Positions 8,543 to 17,351 of a stretch of 64,000 nucleotides of DNA are shown in pieces. The position numbers and the translations under genes are program-made. The notes under the pieces were generated by a model. That model was given only the letters and a program-made list of their open reading frames with translations. It ran no database searches and was not told the DNA's origin. Each line of letters opens with the position of its first letter. Within the stretch, counting starts at the first letter, position 1. This stretch comes from Patescibacteria group bacterium (GTDB lineage: Bacteria; Patescibacteriota; Patescibacteriia; PEXW01), in the NCBI GenBank assembly GCA_041665345.1, contig JBAYJA010000001.1, positions 201,206 to 265,205 on the forward strand, read 5' to 3'.

Positions 8543-8795
8543 TTACGAATTACGAAATAAAGATACGAAAATACGAATGTACGAAAGGGGATAGGAATGG
8601 GGAGAGGGAATGCAGGAAATGTAGTATTCCGAGTGCGGGTGTCCCTGCCTGCGCTCGACCGGGGATTGTTGAAAGGTGAGGGAGGTAGAGGTGTGGAGGC
8701 TTGTTTGGTCGGAGGTTTTGGGTTTGGTGGAAGAATGCAGGACACCCTCCTTCCATACCCTATACCCTAACGAGCGTCCATACCTTTTTCCGTCC
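8543..8795. repeat. Composite dispersed repeat copy 1 (TTACGAA heptamer tract + ~115 bp imperfect inverted-repeat element); inverted copy at 58108-58291
   Basis: Revcomp of 8678-8795 aligns to 58108-58223 (GTTAGGGT.TA.GG.ATGGAAGGAGGG..TCCTGCAT.CTTCCA.CAAACC.AA.AC). Confidence 0.8.
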
Positions 8796-8862
8796 CTTGA
8801 CAAAACGCCCTTTTCCCCCTATACTCGGCAGTTAGAAAATCCTTTTTACCAAGGAGGGTTCC

Positions 8863-9147
8863 TTGCAAAAACAACCGTTATTCTGCTTAGTTTCGAACGG
8901 GACTGGAAGCATAATTGCGATTACCCGGGCGTATTCTGAGAAGCAAGCATTGTACGCCTTGAAACGTCGAGGGGTGCATGTGGACGAGTTGTCCATGGAC
9001 ATTTTTCCGGCAAACAAGGTGAGTGCGGAGAAGCTATTTGCTTTTCGTCGAAAGCAGCATCGTCAAATTGTTCGGGAGCATACAAAGCCTCCAACTGCTA
9101 CGAAAAAGAAAATGCTCGGGCGCCAGCTGTCCCTTCTGGAAAACTAA
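8863..9147 (+). CDS. Small basic hypothetical protein
   Basis: TTGACA-17-TATACT promoter at 8797, AAGGAGG RBS, TTG start, terminator hairpin shared with mfd end. Confidence 0.6.
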   Translation: MQKQPLFCLVSNGTGSIIAITRAYSEKQALYALKRRGVHVDELSMDIFPANKVSAEKLFAFRRKQHRQIVREHTKPPTATKKKMLGRQLSLLEN

Positions 9148-9189
9148 CGCCGTCCATTCCAAAAACTCACCATCTGCGGTGAGTTTTTG

Positions 9190-12100
9190 CTATTCCTTCT
9201 TTTTCTTCTTCGGCTCTTCCGGTGACTTCTCCTCAGCTTTCTTTTCGTCTTTGGTAAACACTTGGATAATCCGCTTGAGCGTTTCCAGCCAGTCTTTGCC
9301 CAGGTGTGGTTTATCAATTTTCACCTGATCCGCTGCCAGCTGCCAGCCCTCGGCAATGCTGAAGAGTGCAGGGAGAAACTTTGGGTCAATGGGCCGGAGG
9401 AAGCGGACAATCAAACGCTCGTTGGGCCCCAGGCGTACCAGCTGAATGTTGGTAATGTCTGTGTGCTGGGAGAGGAGTTTGAGTTCCAGGAGTTTGAAGA
9501 GGTCTTCCAAGCTCTGCGGGGCAGCACGTTCGCGCAGGAGCTGACCGTGGTAGCCCCAGAGTTCACCCACAGTGGTAATGTTTGCCAGATCCTGGTACAT
9601 GCGCAGGCGGTTGCGCTCATCGGGTTCAAAGTCACGGGGGATGCCCACGGAGAGTGGCAGGTCAATGGTCACGTCATGCACGCGGGGGAGCGCAGCGCCA
9701 GATTTGAGTTCGGAAATTTCTTGGGCCAGCAAGCGGGAGTACAGCCCCAAGCCCAAGGCCGCAATGTGGCCGTGCTGCTGGCTGCCCAGAATGTTGCCTG
9801 TGCCGCGGATTTCCAAATCCCGTAAGGCAATTTGCATACCGGAGCCCAAAGCCTTGGCTTCTTCCAAACCCACCAGGCGCTGCTTCGCATCGGCCGTCAA
9901 TTTCTGGCTGTGGTAGAGGAAGTACGCATGTGCTTGTCGGTCACCGCGGCCAATGCGGCCACGGAGCTGGTAGAGCTGCGCCAAGCCAAACTTCGGTGCT
10001 TGGTCCACCACCAGGGTGTTCACGTTGGGTAAGTCCAATCCGTTTTCAATAATCGTGGAGCATACTAAAAGATCCACTTTCTGCTGGTCAAAGTCGTGCA
10101 TGACTTTTGCCAGTCCTTCTTCGGGCAGCTGCCCGTGCGCCACGGCAATGCGAATTTTGGGGAAGAGCTCTTTGAGTTCCGTCGCTTTTTCATGGATGGT
10201 TTCCACGTTGTTGTACAGGTAGTAGGCTTGGCCTTTGCGCGCAAACTCTCGGTCAAACGCCTCGCGGATAATCGTCTCGGAGAAGGGGGCGATGGTGGTT
10301 TCCACGGGCATGCGACCTTCGGGCGGGGTTTCAATCATGCTTACGTCACGCAGGTTGGACAGGACGAAGTTGAGCGTGCGGGGGATGGGCGTGGCGGACA
10401 TGGTGAGGACGTGCGCTTGGAGGCGGAACTGCTTCAGGCGTTCCTTCTGCTCCACGCCAAAGCGTTGCTCTTCATCAATAATAATCAACCCCAGATTGCG
10501 GAAGGTGACGTCGCGCGAAAGCAGGCGGTGTGTGCCAATGACAATGTCCACGTCGCCGCGGTTCACGGCGTCAATCGTTTCCGCCTGCTCTTTGGAACTT
10601 TCGAACCGGGAGAGTAAGCCAAGCTTGGCTTTCATGCCTTGGAGGCGTTTGGTGAACGTGTCGAAGTGCTGCTGCACCAGGATAGTGGTGGGCGCCAGCA
10701 CGGCAACTTGGTAGCCGTTCGCCACCGCCTTGTACGCCGCGCGGATCGCCACTTCGGTTTTCCCAAAGCCCACGTCGCCGCAGACCAGGCGGTCCATGGG
10801 CCGGTCAGTCTGCAAATCTGTAAACACTTCGGCAATGGCTCGGGACTGGTCTGGCGTTTCCTGGTAGGGGAAGGCGGCAGCCAGGGCGTGCTCCTCCTTA
10901 CTCATGCTACCCATGGGCTTCACGCGCACCAGCTCTCGCGCGGCGTAGAGCTTCACCAAGCCTTTGGCCAAGGCGCGGGTATCTTCCCGCACCTTGCGCG
11001 TCACCTGGTACCAGTTGGAACCAGACAGCCGGTGCAGTGGGGGATGCGCCACCCCAATGTACTTGGAGAGTTTCTCGGCCAGTTCCACGGGCACGGACAA
11101 GCGGTCTTTCTCTGCGTACTCCAGCACGAAGTACTCCTTGGCCACGCCGTTCACCACATCCGTGCGCATCCCGCGGAAAATCCCAATGCCGTGGTCCATG
11201 TGCACGGCGTAGTCACCCGGGGTCAGTTCAGCCAGGAACGAGGTATCAATGCCTCGGGTACGGACGGCGGGGGCCTCACGCGGAAAAATTTCTCGGTCGG
11301 TGAGGACGGTGAGCTTCGCTGCCTTGGAGCTGAAGCCTGCCACCGGGGTATTGGGCGCAATGTCCCAGCATTCGGGTAAGGGGAGCTCGTGCTCTTTGAA
11401 CAGCTCCGTGAGTTGTTTCTTCCGCGCTGTGAGAATGAGCGTGCGGTGGGGAGCCTTCCAGGTTTTCGCATCCGCCATCATGCGGGCATACTGGCCGGCG
11501 TACAGCGGGGCAGGTCGGGCATCCATCACCACATCTGCGTCCGTACCGCCAAAGGTCCGGACACTCAGGGTTGGTAAACGTCGAAGCGTGGCCAGTGCGG
11601 TGTCACGGTCAGAGCTGCCAGGGTCATCAGCATCTGTCACCACCACCAGAATGTCCGACGGGTTGGTGTGCAAGTAGTCGCGCAAGGTTGTATCTGGATC
11701 GCGGGCGGGCATGCGGGCGGGTGGTACCTGCGCACTGGCAATGGCTTTTGCGGTTTTGTTTGCATGGTCTACACCGTGCAAGCTCAGGAGTTCCCGGTCG
11801 CTGCATTCCAAGCGGAGTGGGCCAGTGCCGCCGACGGGGTAAATATCCACAATACCGCCCCGGCGCGCGAACTCACCAGGTCCGCCCACCATGGACTCGG
11901 CCATGTACCCGTGTGCCACAAAGTGCCGCGAGAGGTCCGTGGGGGTGGTGGCAATTCCGGGCCGAAGGGTGAGAATGCCGTTGCGGAAATTCTTTGGTGT
12001 GGGGAGGGGCGTGAGCAGAGCCCGGGGCGGAAGCACCAGTATCAGGGGTTGGTTGGTAACCAGGGCAGCGAGGGCAGGTGGGGTGAGTTCTGCGTACAGA

Positions 12101-12339
12101 CTCCGGTCATGCGTCAGTCGCAGCGCGTGCAGGGCAGCAATGACGCGACGCTGGTGATCTTCATCATCCACCAGCCAAAGAAGGACGCGGTGGGGGACCA
12201 GGTGCAGGGCATCAGCCACCACAGCCACTTGCGCAGCAATTTCCGGCACGCCGGTAATCTGGACACGAGGAACTCCCTGCAGCTGCTTGCGGGCTGTAGG
12301 GGGAAGCGGAAGGCGAAGTGGCGCCAGAGTTTCGGGCAT
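9190..12339 (-). CDS. mfd: Transcription-repair coupling factor Mfd
   Basis: VHMDHGIG (RID), DRLVCGDVGFGKTEVA, DEEQRFGV, SATPIPRTL, QLRGRIGR, DLEIRGTGNILG. Confidence 0.97.
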   Translation of the reverse strand: MPETLAPLRLPLPPTARKQLQGVPRVQITGVPEIAAQVAVVADALHLVPHRVLLWLVDDEDHQRRVIAALHALRLTHDRSLYAELTPPALAALVTNQPLILVLPPRALLTPLPTPKNFRNGILTLRPGIATTPTDLSRHFVAHGYMAESMVGGPGEFARRGGIVDIYPVGGTGPLRLECSDRELLSLHGVDHANKTAKAIASAQVPPARMPARDPDTTLRDYLHTNPSDILVVVTDADDPGSSDRDTALATLRRLPTLSVRTFGGTDADVVMDARPAPLYAGQYARMMADAKTWKAPHRTLILTARKKQLTELFKEHELPLPECWDIAPNTPVAGFSSKAAKLTVLTDREIFPREAPAVRTRGIDTSFLAELTPGDYAVHMDHGIGIFRGMRTDVVNGVAKEYFVLEYAEKDRLSVPVELAEKLSKYIGVAHPPLHRLSGSNWYQVTRKVREDTRALAKGLVKLYAARELVRVKPMGSMSKEEHALAAAFPYQETPDQSRAIAEVFTDLQTDRPMDRLVCGDVGFGKTEVAIRAAYKAVANGYQVAVLAPTTILVQQHFDTFTKRLQGMKAKLGLLSRFESSKEQAETIDAVNRGDVDIVIGTHRLLSRDVTFRNLGLIIIDEEQRFGVEQKERLKQFRLQAHVLTMSATPIPRTLNFVLSNLRDVSMIETPPEGRMPVETTIAPFSETIIREAFDREFARKGQAYYLYNNVETIHEKATELKELFPKIRIAVAHGQLPEEGLAKVMHDFDQQKVDLLVCSTIIENGLDLPNVNTLVVDQAPKFGLAQLYQLRGRIGRGDRQAHAYFLYHSQKLTADAKQRLVGLEEAKALGSGMQIALRDLEIRGTGNILGSQQHGHIAALGLGLYSRLLAQEISELKSGAALPRVHDVTIDLPLSVGIPRDFEPDERNRLRMYQDLANITTVGELWGYHGQLLRERAAPQSLEDLFKLLELKLLSQHTDITNIQLVRLGPNERLIVRFLRPIDPKFLPALFSIAEGWQLAADQVKIDKPHLGKDWLETLKRIIQVFTKDEKKAEEKSPEEPKKKKKE

Positions 12340-12406
12340 GCCAGAAAACGTTGCGAGACGCTCGTCCGGATAGACGCGCTAAGAAAAAAATTCAGTACTG
12401 TGGGGC

Positions 12407-12435
12407 TTGACAGAACGACTGACTGATGCTAGGTT
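12407..12435 (+). promoter_or_regulatory. Sigma70 promoter
   Basis: TTGACA-17-TAGGTT, facing a region with no + strand CDS. Confidence 0.6.
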
Positions 12436-12444
12436 AGTTGACTA

Positions 12445-12628
12445 TCGCTGTGTATTGCCATCCTACGTCCACGTCGTGATCATGGGGTGACCCCTCCTAG
12501 AACCTCGTGGTGACTGTGAAGGATTGAACGGTTTACCGGCCAACTCTTCCTCGTGGGCGTAGGGTGCAAGTACAGAGCGAGCACCGTGAACACCGAAAGG
12601 GAAGCGCCGAAGGGCGCGTCGTGTCAAA
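12445..12628 (+). ncRNA. Candidate structured ncRNA (three-way junction)
   Basis: 15-bp stem 12459-12473/12552-12566 whose only non-WC pairs are G-U on the + strand, extended by TCGCT/AGCGA; two internal helices. Confidence 0.55.
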
Positions 12629-12654
12629 AGCGTAGCATAGGCCAGCCCACGTGT

Positions 12655-13293
12655 CTACGCGGTTTTTGCGTTGATGGTGGTTGCCGCGCGTTCGGGCCCT
12701 TGGCTGAGAATCAGGGTGATGGCTTCCACAATTTTTGGCAGGAAGGCTGACTGGAGTTCGGCTTTTTGGTTAGCATCAAAATCATCCAGCACGTAGTCAG
12801 CACCGGTGTACTTGGCCATAGCCCATTCTCGTGAGTCCACCCGGCCGTCAGCATTGGTGTCCATCTGCTGTGCTCGGCCAATACCACACCGCACACGCCA
12901 GAAATTTTTGGTGTGCAGGGTTTCAATAATGGAGTCCACGCCGTTGTGCCCGGCAGCGGACGCGTTGCGTTGCAAGCGGATGGTGCCAAAGGGGAGGTCC
13001 AAATCATCATGCACCACCCACAGGTTATCTGGTGCAATGTGGTAGAAGCCGGTGAAGGCCTGCACGGACCGGCCGGAATCATTCATGTAGGTCGTGGGTT
13101 TCAGCAACCAGACGGTTTGCTGTGCGTCATTCTTGCTGGTGCTCTGCCCGTGAAACTGCTCTTGGTTCTGGAAAGCAGGCAGGTGCCAAGCCGTTGCCAG
13201 TGCATCCAGTACCATGAAGCCCAGGTTGTGCCGGGTGTTGGTGTGCTTGGCTTCTGGGTTACCAAGCCCCACAAAGCAAAAGGGTTTGCTCAT
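12655..13293 (-). CDS. pth: Peptidyl-tRNA hydrolase
   Basis: VGLGNP..TRHNLGF, KPTTYMNDSG, HDDLDLP, AGHNG, RVRCGIGR; start at MSKPFC overlapping der stop. Confidence 0.96.
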   Translation of the reverse strand: MSKPFCFVGLGNPEAKHTNTRHNLGFMVLDALATAWHLPAFQNQEQFHGQSTSKNDAQQTVWLLKPTTYMNDSGRSVQAFTGFYHIAPDNLWVVHDDLDLPFGTIRLQRNASAAGHNGVDSIIETLHTKNFWRVRCGIGRAQQMDTNADGRVDSREWAMAKYTGADYVLDDFDANQKAELQSAFLPKIVEAITLILSQGPERAATTINAKTA

Positions 13294-14639
13294 ACGCGTT
13301 TTGCATAAGGTTGTTGAAGGATAACTCGGATGGGTGTGCCGGGTAAGGGGAAGCTGAGGCGAATTTTCTTTTCCACGCTGCGGCGGTATGCATCGGGCAA
13401 AGCTTCGCGCTTCGTCGTGGTCAGGTGGAAGGTGGGGGGTGCCACACTCACCTGAATGAGTTTCGAAAGGATGGGCCGCTTCTTGCCCTTGCCTGCGCTG
13501 GGCCGAAGCTCGCGCTTCACGGTCCACAGAATGTGCTTCAGGGCTTCGGGTTCCACCCACTGCTGCCGGTTGTCATAGGCGGCAAAAGCCAGAGAGAGGA
13601 CGCGGTGGAGGTTGTGGGGTTTGGTGGCAGACGTGCAGACCATGGGCGCCCAGCGAATGTACGGTAAATCACCCTGCACCACGCGTTCCAGCGCCACGGT
13701 CGAACGCGGGTCTTTGTACTTCGTTCGGTCCCACTGGTTGGCAATGAGAATCAGACCCTTGCCCTTCTTGGCTACTTCGCCAGCCAGGGTTTTCTCCACC
13801 AGTCCCAGGGGTTCATTCGCGTCCCACATGAGTAAGGCGACGTCTGCATTTTCCAAGGCCTCGTAGGTTGCCTTCAAGCTCATAGCTTCAATGCGGTTGG
13901 CGGTTTTCCCATGCGCGCGCACCCCGGCAGTATCAATGACCGTGCAAGTGCGCTGCTGCACGTTCAGCTGGAACGCTGCGGCATCGCGGGTGGTGTGCGG
14001 TGAATCAGCGACCACGCGCACTTCGTCTCGCAGCAAGGCATTCACCAGCGAGGACTTACCCACATTCGTCCGGCCAATGAAAACGAAGGTCGGGTTGGTA
14101 CCCGGTTTTGCTATTGCCTGGGGCTCCCGAGGTCGGATGGCTTGAGCAACTGCATCCAGCAAATCACCAGAACCCCCACCATTTTTGGCCGACACTGGGA
14201 TGACGGGTACCCCGCCAAAGGCAAACTTGGCCACCAGCGCATCAGCAGTCTGGCGGGCGGTGGGCTTGTCCACTTTGTTCACCGCGATGATCACCGGCAG
14301 CTTCTTCTTCAAAACGGTTTTCAGGAACGTGCGTTCCTCTGTGCGCAAACCTTGCTGGGCTTCCACTACCAAGATCACCGCAGTCGTCCCTTCCAGTGCG
14401 CGATCCACCTGCCGCAAGATTCCCGCACCAACCATGTCTGGCTTGCCAACGTCAAAGCCGCCGCTGTCGGTCAGCAAGAAGTGGGTGTGCTCCCAGGCAA
14501 TCACTTCTTCTTGTAAATCGCGCGTGGTGTGCGGGGAGGGATCGGCAATGGCTAAACGGCGCCGGGTGAGCCGATTGAAGAGCGTGGATTTCCCGACATT
14601 CGTCCGACCCAGGAGCAGGACGCGTGGGGGGGTTGGCAT
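13290..14639 (-). CDS. der: Ribosome biogenesis GTPase Der (EngA)
   Basis: Two tandem G domains GRTNVGKS..TTRD..D(S/T)(G/A)G, C-terminal KH-like PPTF..GTPI. Confidence 0.95.
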   Translation of the reverse strand: MPTPPRVLLLGRTNVGKSTLFNRLTRRRLAIADPSPHTTRDLQEEVIAWEHTHFLLTDSGGFDVGKPDMVGAGILRQVDRALEGTTAVILVVEAQQGLRTEERTFLKTVLKKKLPVIIAVNKVDKPTARQTADALVAKFAFGGVPVIPVSAKNGGGSGDLLDAVAQAIRPREPQAIAKPGTNPTFVFIGRTNVGKSSLVNALLRDEVRVVADSPHTTRDAAAFQLNVQQRTCTVIDTAGVRAHGKTANRIEAMSLKATYEALENADVALLMWDANEPLGLVEKTLAGEVAKKGKGLILIANQWDRTKYKDPRSTVALERVVQGDLPYIRWAPMVCTSATKPHNLHRVLSLAFAAYDNRQQWVEPEALKHILWTVKRELRPSAGKGKKRPILSKLIQVSVAPPTFHLTTTKREALPDAYRRSVEKKIRLSFPLPGTPIRVILQQPYAKRV

Positions 14640-14647
14640 ACAGGCAG

Positions 14648-16192
14648 CTAGGTTGCGGAGGCGCGGGGCAGGGTCCGAGCAGCCGGAGAGAGAGTATTGT
14701 TGACGATCGTAATGGCACTTTGGCCAAGCACCACCAGCACCTCAGCTGGGCGCTGGGTGGCGGTGTTGCGGTTCAGCAGCGTTCCGGTTTGGAGCGTGAG
14801 ATCCCCAGGCAGGGTTGTGGTAACGCTCGCACCAAACTTCTCTTTAAGCATGGCCACGGTTTGACTCGCGCGTCCGTTGGAGAGGTCCACAATCACCGAC
14901 TGCTCGTACCGGAGGTCTTTGGGATTGGCAACTGACTCAACGTCAAAAGAGTAGGAGCGTAAGCTACGGCCCGCAATTTCAGCAATGCCGGTTTGGCCCG
15001 TGCCGTTCTGCAGCTGCACTGGAACATTTTCCTTTGCAATCGCATTGTAGGTGAAGATGTTCGTGAAGAGTTCGTGAATCTCTTGGTAGTTTCCAATGCC
15101 CAGCCGGGGCTGAATGATGTACGCCCCGTCTGTGCCGCTACTCGACTTCACCAGGCTATCAGCCTCCGTGGCATCCAGGACGCGCGTAGCAACTGCGCTG
15201 GCATTAAGGTTTTTCAGGATGCTGGCCATGCGCATGACCTCCCAGAGCTCCATGGAGCTGCCAACGTGGTTTCCTAAGGTACTTAAGAGATCAGAGATGC
15301 GGCCGGGGTTGGTGAGCGTTCCCAGTGAGAGCGCTTTTTCCCGGAAGGCGAAGAGGAGTTTCTGCTGGCGCAGGGAACGGGCAAAGTCGCTGCCTTCACC
15401 GTTCGACCCCTTGCGCGACCGGGCAAACTGCAAAGCTTTTTCCCCGGCCATTTTTTGCTCCCCAGCTTCAAACTGTATTGTTTGGTAGCCGTAATTATAG
15501 GTGGGGTAGGAGCTGTCCACAAATGGTGTATCCACGGTAATGGTAACGCCGCCCACATCATCCACCGCTTTCTTAAAACCCGTAAAGTCTACTCGGGCAA
15601 AGTAGTGAATGGGTTGGCCAATCACTTCGGACACGACACTGGAAATCAGCGCATCGCCTCCGTTTGGGTTTGCTTTGGTGCGGCCAAACGCCAAAGCGTT
15701 GTTTATTTTTCGGTAGCCGTAGTCTGGTAGGTTCGCAATGAAATCGCGGGGGATGGAGAGCGTCGCCACCTCACCTGTTTTTTGCTGCAGACTTGCCACG
15801 ATGATGGTGTCGGCTAACCACGGACCTTCGTGACCATCACCACCGTGCCCAACCAGAAGAATGTTGGTTCGACCTTGGTCGTCTGCTTTCAGTTCACGAT
15901 CCCCAGGCACAATGAGCCGGCCCAGTTGCTGCAGGGTCGAGCTGTTATCGTTCCCATGGAAAATGCGGGTTCCCGTGCTCACCATTTTCCAGCCAATGGC
16001 CATGATCATGAGCGCCACGGCAATGCCAGCACCTGCGGCAATGCGTCCCCAGTGGAAGTGCCAGGTGCGTTTGGTGGATTGTGACGTTGAAAGACCCGAC
16101 GCAAGGTCGGGAGCGATTGGGGCTACTGGTTTGGACTGCACACCAGGCAATGCTTCGGATTGCTCCGGGGTGCGTTTTTGCTTTCTTGGCAT
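14648..16192 (-). CDS. LytR-CpsA-Psr (LCP) family protein with LytR C-terminal domain
   Basis: TM, NILLVG, DTIIV, SIPRD, KINNA, ALQFARSR, SDFARSLRQQ, V.LQNGTG..GIA. Confidence 0.92.
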   Translation of the reverse strand: MPRKQKRTPEQSEALPGVQSKPVAPIAPDLASGLSTSQSTKRTWHFHWGRIAAGAGIAVALMIMAIGWKMVSTGTRIFHGNDNSSTLQQLGRLIVPGDRELKADDQGRTNILLVGHGGDGHEGPWLADTIIVASLQQKTGEVATLSIPRDFIANLPDYGYRKINNALAFGRTKANPNGGDALISSVVSEVIGQPIHYFARVDFTGFKKAVDDVGGVTITVDTPFVDSSYPTYNYGYQTIQFEAGEQKMAGEKALQFARSRKGSNGEGSDFARSLRQQKLLFAFREKALSLGTLTNPGRISDLLSTLGNHVGSSMELWEVMRMASILKNLNASAVATRVLDATEADSLVKSSSGTDGAYIIQPRLGIGNYQEIHELFTNIFTYNAIAKENVPVQLQNGTGQTGIAEIAGRSLRSYSFDVESVANPKDLRYEQSVIVDLSNGRASQTVAMLKEKFGASVTTTLPGDLTLQTGTLLNRNTATQRPAEVLVVLGQSAITIVNNTLSPAARTLPRASAT

Positions 16193-16434
16193 ACGGAAAT
16201 ATATTTGCACTGTACCGATTTTTTTTGCATTCGTCAACGCAGGGGTGAAGGAAAAAACGAACCGTTCGACCCCCTTGCGGATAGCTGTAGATGTGCTACA
16301 ATTCCGCACATTCGCTAGGTTTTCTAAGGGTTTTTCCATTCGGCAGGCTTTGGTCGCTTCCTGTTGCTTCATACCTCGTTCACGTACGGGCGGGAAGCGA
16401 ACGGCTGTAACATCCCCGGTACTCAGTAGGGACT

Positions 16435-16558
16435 TTCTTCAGGGCGCGTAGTCCCGTCCCGATGCCAGAGCATCGTGGACGTGGATCCTCGATTGCCTGC
16501 CGCAGGCAATCGGGACTCAGGCTCTCTATCCTTCAGCTGGATCGTCGGGATTGGTTAG
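16435..16558 (+). pseudogene. Decayed 5' copy of tRNA-Val interrupted by palindromic inserts
   Basis: TTCTTCAGGGCGCGTAG duplicated (16435 and 16563), then [TCCCG...CGGGA] CTCAG [...CGGGA] TTGGTTAG. Confidence 0.65.
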
Positions 16559-16569
16559 TACATTCTTCA

Positions 16570-16646
16570 GGGCGCGTAGCTCAGCTGGTTAGAGCGTACG
16601 GTTCACATCCGTAAGGTCAGAGGTTCAAATCCTCTCGCGCCCACCA
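16570..16646 (+). tRNA. tRNA-Val(CAC)
   Basis: GGGCGCGTAGCTCAGCTGGTTAGAGCGTACGGTTCACATCCGTAAGGTCAGAGGTTCAAATCCTCTCGCGCCCACCA. Confidence 0.95.
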
Positions 16647-16692
16647 CTCGACTCATCCCGCTGTGCGGGATTCGCTCGTGGTCTGCGACCGC
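16644..16692. repeat. Palindromic element directly downstream of tRNA-Val
   Basis: CCACTCGACTC-ATCCCGCTGTGCGGGAT-TCGCTCGTGG; same ATCCCG..CGGGAT core as 1247 and 45744. Confidence 0.55.
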
Positions 16693-16736
16693 TTGGTTCA
16701 TAGAAACACGTTTCGTTCCATCACTCTTCGTCTGCT

Positions 16737-17351
16737 ATGCCCACAACGTCTCCAACAAAAAAGTCCGACCTCATGACCGGTTGGCAGTTACTGTTTGAAG
16801 TGGTGAAGGTCGTTGTCATATCACTCGCAATCATTATTCCAGTCCGAGCATTCTTGCTGCAACCTTTCTACGTGAAAGGTGCGTCCATGGAACCAAACTT
16901 TGAAGACCGTGAGTACCTGCTCATTGATGAAATTAGCTATCGCATCCGTGACCCCAAACGGGGTGAAGTGGTGGTGTTCCGCTACCCCAAAGACCCTAGC
17001 CAATTCTTCATTAAGCGGGTCATTGGTTTGCCCGGAGAGTCCATCCACGTGGCGGATGACCGCATTGTGGTCAATGGCCGCGTTTTGGATGAGTCGGCGT
17101 ACTTAGCCAGTGATGTGCTCACCAGCGGCACCGTGGATTTGACCCTTGGCCAAGATGAGTACATGGTTTTTGGTGATAATCGCATGGCCAGCCTTGATTC
17201 TCGAATATTCGGCGCTGTGCCGCGTTCGGACATTGTGGGGAAAGCGTGGATCCGCGCCTGGCCCTTCACCCGCATCTCGCATTTCAGTGCTCCAGTCTAC
17301 CTTACCCAAGATCCCGCCGCTTCACTCCTGCGCGCCTATGCTACCCCGTAA
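16737..17351 (+). CDS. lepB: Signal peptidase I
   Basis: GASMEPNF (Ser), FIKRVIGLPGE (Lys), GDNR..SLDSR.FG. Confidence 0.96.
   Translation: MPTTSPTKKSDLMTGWQLLFEVVKVVVISLAIIIPVRAFLLQPFYVKGASMEPNFEDREYLLIDEISYRIRDPKRGEVVVFRYPKDPSQFFIKRVIGLPGESIHVADDRIVVNGRVLDESAYLASDVLTSGTVDLTLGQDEYMVFGDNRMASLDSRIFGAVPRSDIVGKAWIRAWPFTRISHFSAPVYLTQDPAASLLRAYATP

Noticed and set aside
12445-12628. 5S rRNA or retron msr-msd
   Set aside because: Three-way topology but no 5S conserved sequences (CCGAAC, GAUGGUAG); no reverse transcriptase in the window
13294-13560. N-terminal extension of Pth, and likewise of HisS (17146), LCP (16372), NrdR (32299), CobO (44972)
   Set aside because: Extensions overlap neighbouring genes or regulatory regions; homology starts at downstream ATGs
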